Below the pieces are notes generated by a model that did not search any database, was not told the DNA's origin, and saw only the letters and a program-made list of their open reading frames with translations. The translations under genes and the position numbers were made by a program. This document shows positions 20,047-29,148 of a stretch of DNA of 64,000 bases, one piece after another; position 1 is the first letter of the stretch; every line of letters begins with the position of its first letter. The stretch comes from an uncultured Lachnospiraceae bacterium (GTDB taxonomy: Bacteria > Bacillota > Clostridia > Lachnospirales > Lachnospiraceae): NCBI GenBank assembly GCA_910578885.1, contig CAJTSH010000012.1:25950-89949 (forward strand), in the 5' to 3' direction.

Positions 20047-21609
20047 ATGAGAGAAGTGAGAAATAACAGAATCTGCGGGAGCACAAGCATATTTTTCAGT
20101 CTGGTCTTACTGCTGGTTTCTTCCCTGATATTTACACTGTTGGAGGGAGCCAGAGTGGAAGGGCTGAAAGCATGCGCCAGAATGAACAGCGATCTAGTAA
20201 CGGAGTCGGTTCTGGCGGAATATGTGAAGCCTCTTTGGGAGAACTATCATCTGCTTGCAGGAAACGGAGGAAATGAAAATGGGGAATGGGATGTCAGGCG
20301 TATTTCACAGAGCGCAAAGCAGATAGGAGAAGATAATTTAGAGTGGCAGACTGATGGTAAAAGAGGTCTATGGATGTATCCGCTTCACATTGAAAATGCG
20401 GAGGTAACAAATTATCATCTTATTACGGATGACGAAGGGGAAGGATTTTACCATCTTGTTATAGAAAGCATGAAGAACAGTTTACCAATGGATGCAGCAG
20501 AAGCTATTTACAAAAAAATAAAGAAGATGCAGAAAACCGAGGAAGATGCGGGTGATGTATCTCTTAAGGTGGATGAAGCAAAATCCTGTGTAGAGCAGGC
20601 GGCAAAAGAAGAAAATGCGGATACGAAAGAGGAGCGGGAAGGGGGAGAAGATGTAAAAGCGGAACTGCCTGACCAGCCGGCGGAACAAGACGGAAATGAG
20701 ATAGATAATCCTCTGGAATATATAGGGGAATGGAAGTCGGCGGCGCTTTTAACGCTTCTTGGAGCAGACCCATCCAGTCTGTCTGCAAAAAAGGCAGATA
20801 CCGGTAAGGCGCTGGAGAAGCGGAAGAAAAATACAGGGAATTGGGAAAAGGTATCGCAGGAAGATGCGTGGTATGAAAGAATTCTGTTTCAGGAATACTT
20901 GTTAAAATATTTTGAGGCATATCCGACCGGGAAAACAGAAACGGAGCGGGAAGTGTCTGCCGGGCAGGATACACTTTCAGGAAGTTTGGAGTATGAGATG
21001 GAATATTTGATTGTGGGAAAGGCTTCGGATAAGAAGAATCTGGAGGGAGTGTTAGAGCGAATTCTCTTACTTCGGGAAGCTGCAAATTTCATTTATTTAC
21101 AGACAGATGAGCAAAAGAAAAGTGAGGCGCTCACTTTGGCAACGCTTCTTGTAGGCGCAACTGGAAACGGGTTGTTAATAAAAGGAGTTCAACAGGGAAT
21201 TCTTGCGGTCTGGGCGTTTGCAGAAAGCGTATCTGATGTGAGGAGCTTGCTGGCAGGGGAAAAGATTCCCATTATAAAAACATCTGCCGAGTGGTCAACA
21301 GACGTTGGAGGATTATCAAAAGAATCCGGTTTTAAAGAAGCAAAAACCTGTAAAAATGGATTGGAATACAAAGATTATCTGAGGGTGCTTATGTTTTTGA
21401 CAGGAAAAACTAAGCTCTGTTACCGGGCAATGGATTTGATAGAGCGGAATCTGCAGGCTGTAGACGGGTATTCCGATCTGCGGATGGATATGCTGTGGGA
21501 TCGGTGCATGATTCGATACAATTATACGGCAAGACCAATGTTTCTGTCGCTGGAAATAGAAAAGTATCAATGGAGTATCCGAAAAACAGGTACTTACAGG
21601 GAAGAATAG
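20047..21609 (+). CDS. Large TadG-like pseudopilin (DUF5702-like)
   Basis: G^STSIFFSLVL pilin-like N-terminus; YEMEYLIVGKASDKKNL and LEYKDYLR motifs. Confidence 0.75.
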   Translation: MREVRNNRICGSTSIFFSLVLLLVSSLIFTLLEGARVEGLKACARMNSDLVTESVLAEYVKPLWENYHLLAGNGGNENGEWDVRRISQSAKQIGEDNLEWQTDGKRGLWMYPLHIENAEVTNYHLITDDEGEGFYHLVIESMKNSLPMDAAEAIYKKIKKMQKTEEDAGDVSLKVDEAKSCVEQAAKEENADTKEEREGGEDVKAELPDQPAEQDGNEIDNPLEYIGEWKSAALLTLLGADPSSLSAKKADTGKALEKRKKNTGNWEKVSQEDAWYERILFQEYLLKYFEAYPTGKTETEREVSAGQDTLSGSLEYEMEYLIVGKASDKKNLEGVLERILLLREAANFIYLQTDEQKKSEALTLATLLVGATGNGLLIKGVQQGILAVWAFAESVSDVRSLLAGEKIPIIKTSAEWSTDVGGLSKESGFKEAKTCKNGLEYKDYLRVLMFLTGKTKLCYRAMDLIERNLQAVDGYSDLRMDMLWDRCMIRYNYTARPMFLSLEIEKYQWSIRKTGTYREE

Positions 21610-21674
21610 GTAACAGTGGGGTATCTGAACTGTTACAAGAATAGAAAGCAGGAAAGGGAAAGAGGTGTATAAAG

Positions 21675-22547
21675 GTGTCTCAGAAAATGAAATATAATGG
21701 CAGAATCATATTGACGCTCGTTAAGAACTCTCTCACACCAATAAAAAAGCGGGGACTGTCATCCCGGCGATATAGAATGGAGACACCTTTGTACACCTCT
21801 TTGCCTGGTTTTTATATGGTCGAAGCAGCAGTGAGTATCCCGGTGTTTGTGTGCTTTGTTGTATGTATTCTGTTCTTTTTTTGCATAATGCAGCTTCAGA
21901 TTGAGATACAGGCGTCTTTAAATTATGCGGGACGAATAATTTCCGAGTATGCGGCGCTAGAGTCAGATGGGTCGGATAAGATAAGTGAGAAAGCAGAGTT
22001 TGCCGCAGCAGAGGTTTTGTTCCGGAAGCATTTGAAAGAACAGAATGCCAGAACGGAATATATCAGGGGAGGAGAACTCGGTATCAGCCTTTTGGATACA
22101 GAGCTGGAAGGGGATTACGTACATTTAAAAGTAAAGTATCGTGTCAAATTTCCGATTGGTCTGTTTGGGAAATATGAGTTTCTGGTGCATCAGCAGGCAA
22201 AGGCAAGAAAATGGACAGGAGAGAATCGGACGGCGTCGGAGAACGCCGGCTGGGTGTATATCACACCCACCGGAAGTGCTTATCATCAGACTGCACAATG
22301 CCCATATCTGGATTTGAGCATCCGAAGCGTTGCGTTTGAGGAAGTAGAAAAGCAAAGGAATCATTCGGGAGGAAGGTATGAGATGTGCAGGAAATGTGGG
22401 AAAAGCTTCGGAACCTTGGTCTATATTACAGACTACGGTGATGTATATCATGGCAGTATTGCATGTACCGGTTTGAAGCGAAGTGTACAAAAGGTTAGAT
22501 TATCGGAAATAGGAGGGCGTCATGCCTGTTCAAAATGTGGAGGGTAA
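21675..22547 (+). CDS. TadE-like minor pilin with two C-terminal His/Cys-rich modules (start uncertain)
   Basis: G^FYMVEAAVSIP pilin motif; YHxxxxC..L...CxxC twice. Confidence 0.8.
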   Translation: MSQKMKYNGRIILTLVKNSLTPIKKRGLSSRRYRMETPLYTSLPGFYMVEAAVSIPVFVCFVVCILFFFCIMQLQIEIQASLNYAGRIISEYAALESDGSDKISEKAEFAAAEVLFRKHLKEQNARTEYIRGGELGISLLDTELEGDYVHLKVKYRVKFPIGLFGKYEFLVHQQAKARKWTGENRTASENAGWVYITPTGSAYHQTAQCPYLDLSIRSVAFEEVEKQRNHSGGRYEMCRKCGKSFGTLVYITDYGDVYHGSIACTGLKRSVQKVRLSEIGGRHACSKCGG

Positions 22548-22609
22548 GTTTGGGAAAGAACTTCCAAATCTACCGGAATGTTGTGAAAAGCAAGTTGAAG
22601 GGAGAAAAA

Positions 22610-23023
22610 ATGATTCAGTCATATACATTGTTGGGAATGCTGGGATGGTGTTCCTTTGAAGATTTCAGAAGGAAAAGGGTTCTTGTATATCCGGTGTTAT
22701 TGTTTGGCATCATAGGTATGCTTCTTCATCTATACTATCGGAATATATCTATCGGCAGTCTGCTGGCTGGGTGCGCACTGGGACTGGGGCTTTTGCTGCT
22801 TAGTTATCTGACCGGACAAATTGGATCAGGAGATGCGCTGGTGCTTATTGTAAGCGGAATTTATCTCGGATTCTGGGAAAATACAAGGTTATTTTTTCAT
22901 GGTCTGATTTTTTGCGGAATATGGTCGCTGCTGCTGCTGGTGTTGAAAAGAAAACGCGGAAGAGACGAGGTGGCGTTTATTCCATTTCTGTTTCTGGCCT
23001 ATTTGGAGATGATGTTGTTATGA
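22610..23023 (+). CDS. Second A24 prepilin peptidase
   Basis: CSFEDFRRKRV, QIGSGDAL and AFIPFL motifs. Confidence 0.82.
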   Translation: MIQSYTLLGMLGWCSFEDFRRKRVLVYPVLLFGIIGMLLHLYYRNISIGSLLAGCALGLGLLLLSYLTGQIGSGDALVLIVSGIYLGFWENTRLFFHGLIFCGIWSLLLLVLKRKRGRDEVAFIPFLFLAYLEMMLL

Positions 23024-23241
23024 AAAAGTCGCTGCGGGCAAGTTATACGGTAGAGGCGGCGATTCTTATGCCGATTGTGCTATGTATTATAGCTGTGCTG
23101 CTTCAAATGGGAATTCATATGTATCAGCAAGTGCGCAAAGAGTTCGGGAATAAGGATTGTATCTGCCAGACCAAGGCGGTAGAGACGGTTCAGCGACTGC
23201 GGCTGGCAGGGGATGTATGGGAGGAAATTGGATGGAAGTAA
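23020..23241 (+). CDS. Small TadE-like pilin
   Basis: MKKSLRA^SYTVEAAILMP plus hydrophobic helix; ATGA overlap with the upstream gene. Confidence 0.8.
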   Translation: MKKSLRASYTVEAAILMPIVLCIIAVLLQMGIHMYQQVRKEFGNKDCICQTKAVETVQRLRLAGDVWEEIGWK

Positions 23242-24416
23242 CATATAGGAGAAATGTTGGGAAGAGTTTTATGGTAATTAGCGGAATTTGTACGATGCCG
23301 GATTACCAGATTGAAATGTGTAAAAGAAATCAGATAGATCCATTTTTAGATTTTGAAACAATGATAGCGGACGGTCAAATGGAATATTGGTATGACATTA
23401 CGGGAAAACAGTCTTTTGAAGAATATGTAAAGTATAAAAAACTAGGTTATCAGGAAGTGCGGAAACTGATATCGGCTATTTATAACGGAATAAAAGAGGC
23501 TGAGAATTATCTTCTAAAGGAACAGTCAATTTTGCTTTTGCCGGAATGCCTATACGTTTCAAACCACAGCAAAGAAGTATTTCTATGCTATTGTCCGGGA
23601 GAAGAAGTTCCCTTTACCGATGGTTTTCATACATTGATGGAATATCTTCTCACCTACATAGAGCACGGGGAAGAGCAGGCGGTAGCTGTTGGTTATAAGA
23701 TTTATCAGATGACGCTGAAGCCTAATTGTGCAATAGATAAGATCTGGAGCTTGCTGGGAGAATCGGAGAATATAGAACTTAGAGGCGAGGAGAAAAAGCG
23801 AGATAAAGAAAGGGTAAATCAGATAGATCGGAGTTATGAAAGAGAGGAGCAGGCTGCAGATTGCGTAGAGGAAGAACTGGCGTATGACAACTTAAATACG
23901 AGGAATTTGCAGGAACCGGGGAAGCGGGAGACAAGCGTTTTTTCGGAAAGATGGTTAGAAAAAGGAAGACGGCTGCTGCAAGCAGGGAGACAGACAATTC
24001 AGGAGTGGAGTCCATATAAGCAGAAAGAAAAGAATCAGATGGTATTTGAGCCTATGAATGAGAGCGAACAGAAAAAGGAGAGGCAGACTTCTTTTCTGGA
24101 TAAGAATAAGGAGGAAAGAAAAATGGCAAAATTAGTATATATCGGAGGAGAAATAGAAAGAGAAATATATCTGAACAAAGATATTTATTGTGTTGGAAGC
24201 CAGAAGGACGCAGATATCGTTCTGGGAAGCGAGACGGTCAGCCGTCTTCATGCAAGAATCAATAATGCAGACAATATCTATTATATTGAAGACTTGAATT
24301 CCAGAAATGGAACATGGGTCAATGGAAAGCTGCTTCATTATATGGAAAAGGTTTCCTTGAAGCATAGAGACATCATAGCATTTGCGGATGAGAGATTTCG
24401 TTATGAGGAAGAGTAA
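23232..24416 (+). CDS. DUF6382-like N-domain plus C-terminal FHA domain protein
   Basis: TVSRLHARI...IEDLNSRNGTWVNG FHA motif; YDITGKQS and LLLPECLYV N-terminal motifs. Confidence 0.85.
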   Translation: MEVTYRRNVGKSFMVISGICTMPDYQIEMCKRNQIDPFLDFETMIADGQMEYWYDITGKQSFEEYVKYKKLGYQEVRKLISAIYNGIKEAENYLLKEQSILLLPECLYVSNHSKEVFLCYCPGEEVPFTDGFHTLMEYLLTYIEHGEEQAVAVGYKIYQMTLKPNCAIDKIWSLLGESENIELRGEEKKRDKERVNQIDRSYEREEQAADCVEEELAYDNLNTRNLQEPGKRETSVFSERWLEKGRRLLQAGRQTIQEWSPYKQKEKNQMVFEPMNESEQKKERQTSFLDKNKEERKMAKLVYIGGEIEREIYLNKDIYCVGSQKDADIVLGSETVSRLHARINNADNIYYIEDLNSRNGTWVNGKLLHYMEKVSLKHRDIIAFADERFRYEEE

Positions 24417-24462
24417 TAGAATCAGGGAGAAGCTCTTTACAGAATAAAAAAGCTGGGGTATC

Positions 24463-25554
24463 ATGGAAAAAAGCGAGGAAGATACCATGATAAATAAAAT
24501 TGACAGTAGATTAAAGGGAGAAGGATACCGTTTTCTGAAAGTGAAACCTGAGGAGGCAGGCGTATACTATCGTTACGTAAATGGAACGGCACAAGTAGTC
24601 GTAGGATTTTACGGTCATGATGGGTTTTGGCTTGACGGCAGACAGATAGAATTGTTATGGCGAAATCTCCGGGAATTATTTTTTCATCCTTGGGGCAGGC
24701 TGGAGGGCTATCAGGAGGATGCCGCAATTCATGACGTAGAGATTTTGATGTTATTTGTAACAGAGCATCCGGAGAGATATAAAGAGCATTGTTCCGGCGC
24801 TCTGCCGGTATGGATATTTGATACCAGGATGAACAGGCTGCTTATCTATGAAAATCAGCCGGGAGATTTTTTCGGGATAAGGGCAGTGCTTGAGAGCGCA
24901 GGCGCCGAGCAGGCAAAGCAGGATTTAGGCAATGAGAGCGATTTGTCAAACGGCGCTTCGAGAGGGACGGGGTGGAATCGAATTCCGTTTGTAAGCATAG
25001 GATTGGCAGCAGTCAATATAATTGTTTTTCTTGTACTGACATTTTTAGGCGATACGGAGGATGCTGTGTTTATGATGAATCATGGCGCAGTCTATCCGGA
25101 ACTTGTGGCAGCCAGTGGAGAGTGGTATCGGTTGTTTACCTGCATGTTCCTGCATTTTGGGGTAGAACATCTGATGAATAATATGGTGCTCCTCGTGGTG
25201 GCGGGGACACAGTTGGAACATGCACTGGGGAAGGTAAAATATCTTCTGCTTTATCTTCTTGCAGGATTGGGCAGCAGTCTCTTGTCGCTTGGAATGATGA
25301 TAAAAACAGGGGATTTAGCAGTGTCGGCTGGAGCTTCCGGTGCGGTGTATGGTATTATAGGCGCACTTTTATGGGTGGCAATCAGGAATCGCGGAAAGTT
25401 TGAGAATCTGACAGCCAGAGGTCTGGTGATTATGATTGGTTTGTGCCTGTATTTTGGTTTTACCACTACGGGAGTGGATAACTGGGGACATGTTGGAGGT
25501 CTGATTTCCGGTTTTGTATTTTGTGTCCTGCTATACCGGAAAAGGAGACGTTAG
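24463..25554 (+). CDS. Rhomboid intramembrane serine protease with soluble N-terminal extension
   Basis: EWYRLFTCMFLHFGVEHLMNNM, AGASGAVYG (Ser) and DNWGHVGG (His). Confidence 0.92.
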   Translation: MEKSEEDTMINKIDSRLKGEGYRFLKVKPEEAGVYYRYVNGTAQVVVGFYGHDGFWLDGRQIELLWRNLRELFFHPWGRLEGYQEDAAIHDVEILMLFVTEHPERYKEHCSGALPVWIFDTRMNRLLIYENQPGDFFGIRAVLESAGAEQAKQDLGNESDLSNGASRGTGWNRIPFVSIGLAAVNIIVFLVLTFLGDTEDAVFMMNHGAVYPELVAASGEWYRLFTCMFLHFGVEHLMNNMVLLVVAGTQLEHALGKVKYLLLYLLAGLGSSLLSLGMMIKTGDLAVSAGASGAVYGIIGALLWVAIRNRGKFENLTARGLVIMIGLCLYFGFTTTGVDNWGHVGGLISGFVFCVLLYRKRRR

Positions 25555-25648
25555 GTTACCGGAACGACCGAAGGAGTGAACAGTAACGACGTTAGAAATT
25601 TTATCAGAACTTGCGTTGCAACTTCTGATAAGTTATACTAAATATATG

Positions 25649-25707
25649 TTATGCGAAGCAAAACCGGCGCTTATTATGAGAATCCGAAAAGCCGGTTTCT
25701 CATAAGC
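25649..25707. repeat. REP-like dispersed repeat, family A, copy 2
   Basis: ttatgcgaagcaaaaccggc plus ttatgagaatcc...tttctcataagc; both parts recur inverted at 40921-41011. Confidence 0.72.
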
Positions 25708-25731
25708 TATATTAGATTCTGGAGGAAGAAA

Positions 25732-26724
25732 ATGAAAGTAAATATATATTATGGCGGCAGAGGGCTTTTGGATGACCCAACACTTTATGTTATCAATAAG
25801 ATGGAAGATGTTCTTCGGGAACTTCGCGTCAGTATAGAACGTTATAATATTTTTGAATATAAGAACAGTATTTCCACGCTTCCTCAGACTTTAAAGGAAG
25901 TAGATGGTATTATCCTTGCGACGACAGTAGAGTGGCTGGGCATTGGCGGATATATGACGCAGTTTCTGGATGCCTGCTGGTTATATGGCGATAAAGAGAG
26001 GATTAAGACGATTTATATGCAGCCGATTGTTATGTCTACTACCTATGGAGAACGGGAAGGAGAAACGACACTTGCGAATGCGTGGGAGATTTTAGGCGGT
26101 CTTCCCTGCAGTGGTTTATGCGGATATGTAGATGATTTGGTAAGCTTTGAAGTGAATCATGAGTATTCTGGAATTATTGAGAAAAAGGCGGAAAATCTTT
26201 ATCGGACCATATCGCAGAAGCAGAAGGGACTGCCTGCAAGTAATCAGGCGGTCGCAAGAACGGTACTGCGGACGCAGAAGCTGGATCTGACTCCGCAGGA
26301 GAGCGAGCAGCTTTCCAAATATGTATCGGATGATTCTTATGTGAAGCAGCAAAAAGAAGATATTGAAGAATTGGCATCTATGTTTAAGGGAATGCTAAAT
26401 CAGCAGAATACAGATGAGTCAACGGCATATATTATTGATTTGGAAGCTCATTTCGTAGCGCAGGAGAATTTTGCGGCTAAGTATTTGTTTGTGATAGAGG
26501 GGAAGAAAAAGCCGCTTTGTGTGGAAGTGGAGAATGGAGAATTGAATTGTCATTACGGACAAGAAGAAGAGGTGGATGTCTATGCCAAGTTATCACCGGA
26601 GATTTTTGACAGCATTATCGCCGGGAGAATGACATTTCAGAGAGCCTTCATGACGGGTGAGATGACAGCAAAGGGCAATTTTAAAACGCTTCGGATGCTG
26701 GATCAGATATTTATCTTTGAATAG
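25732..26724 (+). CDS. Flavodoxin-like N-domain plus SCP2 sterol/lipid-binding domain protein
   Basis: DGIILATTVEWLGIGG (flavodoxin/FMN-reductase-like); C-terminal GRMTFQRAFMTGEMTAKGNF (SCP2). Confidence 0.8.
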   Translation: MKVNIYYGGRGLLDDPTLYVINKMEDVLRELRVSIERYNIFEYKNSISTLPQTLKEVDGIILATTVEWLGIGGYMTQFLDACWLYGDKERIKTIYMQPIVMSTTYGEREGETTLANAWEILGGLPCSGLCGYVDDLVSFEVNHEYSGIIEKKAENLYRTISQKQKGLPASNQAVARTVLRTQKLDLTPQESEQLSKYVSDDSYVKQQKEDIEELASMFKGMLNQQNTDESTAYIIDLEAHFVAQENFAAKYLFVIEGKKKPLCVEVENGELNCHYGQEEEVDVYAKLSPEIFDSIIAGRMTFQRAFMTGEMTAKGNFKTLRMLDQIFIFE

Positions 26725-26733
26725 AAGATGCTT

Positions 26734-27384
26734 CTAACAATTCAGTATCGGAAGTATGATGGTAAAGGTACATCCGTCGCCCGGACGTGAAACATAATTT
26801 AGAGTTCCGTGATGATTTTCGATAATCTGTTGGCTGATGGATAGGCCAAGACCTGTTCCGCCCGGTTTGGAAGTGACAAAAGGAGAGAACAGAGTTTCTA
26901 TAAGGTCAGAAGGAATTCCGCCTCCAAAGTCAATAATATCAATGGAAATAGAATGATTTTTCTGATAGGCATTAAGATGAATTGTACCTTGCATGTTCAT
27001 AGATTCAAAGGCATTTTTAATGAGATTCATGATTGCCTGATTGAGGCGCATGGAATCAGCTCCAATCATAGGAAGATTTTCTTCAATATTGCTTTTGCAT
27101 TCACAGCCGTTATTGTCATTAAGGCTGCGGATAGACGCCAGAATGTTGTTTAACAGAAGGTTGAGATTAGTAGGCTGCAACACGAAATCAGAAGCAAAGT
27201 TTACCTGTGAGAGTTCCTGGACCATTTGTCTTAAATAATCGAGCGTATCCCTAGACTCTGTCCAATACTCGTATGCGGACAGTTCCGGATGTTGTTTTTC
27301 CAGAAGCTGAAGAGAGCTGTTGATGATTGTGATGGAATTCTTTATTTCATGAAATGCTTTAGCGTAATCTTCATTCGTTAACAT
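26734..27384 (-). CDS. Minimal soluble histidine kinase (HisKA + HATPase only)
   Basis: FHEIKNS H-box, NLIKNAFE N-box, DFGGGI, PFVTSKPGGTGLGL. Confidence 0.9.
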   Translation of the reverse strand: MLTNEDYAKAFHEIKNSITIINSSLQLLEKQHPELSAYEYWTESRDTLDYLRQMVQELSQVNFASDFVLQPTNLNLLLNNILASIRSLNDNNGCECKSNIEENLPMIGADSMRLNQAIMNLIKNAFESMNMQGTIHLNAYQKNHSISIDIIDFGGGIPSDLIETLFSPFVTSKPGGTGLGLSISQQIIENHHGTLNYVSRPGDGCTFTIILPILNC

Positions 27385-27526
27385 TAGGCGAAACCTCCTG
27401 AGTTTTATATGATAGGAATCATATAGGAATGATTGACAAGGAGAAGTTTAGCATGTTTATTTTCTAAAATCAATCAAATTTATACAACAAATCTCGACAA
27501 AAAACGATAAAGAAAGGAAGAGAAAA

Positions 27527-27946
27527 ATGAGAGATGATAACTGCATATTTTGTAAAATAATTAACGGAGCAATTCCATCCAATACGATTTATGAGGATGA
27601 CACTTTTCAGGTGATTTTAGACGTGAATCCGGCGTCAAAGGGTCATGCGCTGATATTGCCAAAAGAGCATTATGCAAATCTTTATGAGATTGATGAAGAG
27701 GTTGCTGCACAGGCAATGAAATTGGCAAAGAAATTGGCGGCACATATGACAAAGGTCTTGAACTGTGATGGATTTAACATCCTGCAGAACAATGGAGAGG
27801 TTGCGGGTCAGACGGTTTTTCACTTCCATATCCATTTAGTTCCGCGTTATAAGGATGGTAAAAATAATGATATTTTAAAATGGACGCATGAAGAATTTAC
27901 AGCAGAAGAATTGGCGGCAATCTGCCAGGAACTTTCACTTGCCTAG
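27527..27946 (+). CDS. HIT family hydrolase
   Basis: CIFCKI and AGQTVFHFHIHLVPR. Confidence 0.95.
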   Translation: MRDDNCIFCKIINGAIPSNTIYEDDTFQVILDVNPASKGHALILPKEHYANLYEIDEEVAAQAMKLAKKLAAHMTKVLNCDGFNILQNNGEVAGQTVFHFHIHLVPRYKDGKNNDILKWTHEEFTAEELAAICQELSLA

Positions 27947-27980
27947 AAGTTAACATATGATGGCAGCAGAGAAACGTACG

Positions 27981-28031
27981 CCGGCAAAAGAATCTTGTTT
28001 GTTAGCATGGCTAAAAAGCATCTTTTGCCGG
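27981..28031. terminator. Hairpin between convergent HIT and AraC genes
   Basis: CCGGCAAAAGA...TCTTTTGCCGG. Confidence 0.55.
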
Positions 28032-28038
28032 ATGCCGT

Positions 28039-28932
28039 TCATTTTCTGGAGTGTTCTGTGCGAAATTGTTTCGGCGTCATGCCGTGTTTGCTGCGGAAGG
28101 CTTTAATAAAGTGGCTGCAATCGGAAAATCCGGTTTCCTGACTGATATAATTGAGGTCGAGATTCGTAAAAAGCAGCAAATCCTCTGCCTTAGACAGACG
28201 TATGAATTCGATGTATTTCTTGCAGGATTGACCATATAATTCCCGAAAAATCTTGGCGAAGTAGGAATAACTCATATGACATAGTTCGGCTAAATCTTCC
28301 ACTTTTAGCGCCTCATGTGCATGGTTGTCAATGTATTCTGTAATGGAGTGTATGGTATCTTCTTCTTTGGGCATCGCGAGAGATTGATCTGTATCGAATC
28401 CGTTTGTCCTCCAGAGCCGCAATACATAGGTAAGCAGTGTGTTGATACAGGATTGCATCAAAATGCGGTAACCATATTCCTGCTCTTTCATTTCACTGTA
28501 GCACTTTTCAAAAAGTGTTTCGATAGGGATTCCTTCCAACGTTTCTGCTGAAAAGTATAGCGGAGCATGCGCATCTCCCTTCGCACAGCGAAAAAGAGAG
28601 TTAAAATGAATGCCGGAAAGAGTGTGCCCCGGTGCATTTGCAGAGGGAGACAGTTGATTGATATCAAATTTTAGCACATAGTATTTTAAAGGTATATTTG
28701 TAGTGGAGTAAATGGAATGTATCTGCTGGGGAAGAAATAATATCATATCATCTGGTTCCAACACATAGGTATTTTGGTCGCAGCTTATCATTGCAGTTCC
28801 CTCAAGCATAAAGAGGATTTCCATAAAGTAGTGCCAGTGGGGCCGCACTGGAAAAGTGTGTAATCTGGTATCGAATAAGAAACATTCGCATGGGGCATTT
28901 AAACGGTCGCTATATTCATAAAGGGAATTCAC
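28039..28932 (-). CDS. AraC family regulator (cupin + HTH)
   Basis: PHWHYFMEIL cupin; ETGFSDCSHFIKAFRSKHGMTPKQFR. Confidence 0.93.
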   Translation of the reverse strand: MNSLYEYSDRLNAPCECFLFDTRLHTFPVRPHWHYFMEILFMLEGTAMISCDQNTYVLEPDDMILFLPQQIHSIYSTTNIPLKYYVLKFDINQLSPSANAPGHTLSGIHFNSLFRCAKGDAHAPLYFSAETLEGIPIETLFEKCYSEMKEQEYGYRILMQSCINTLLTYVLRLWRTNGFDTDQSLAMPKEEDTIHSITEYIDNHAHEALKVEDLAELCHMSYSYFAKIFRELYGQSCKKYIEFIRLSKAEDLLLFTNLDLNYISQETGFSDCSHFIKAFRSKHGMTPKQFRTEHSRK

Positions 28933-29148
28933 GTTGTTAACATCCTTTCTATTTCGTGTCAGAATCGTTTTTTACAATTTTTATAATAATTCATTATATC
29001 AACCCCAAGTGTAAAATGCTATATTTTTCTCAATGAAAAATCCTGTATAAAAACACCCATGTCACACACAATCGACAGCGCTATAATATATTCCGCATGG
29101 GGGGTGTATTGATACGATTGGATTTGAGAACGGAAAAGAGGAGTAGGT

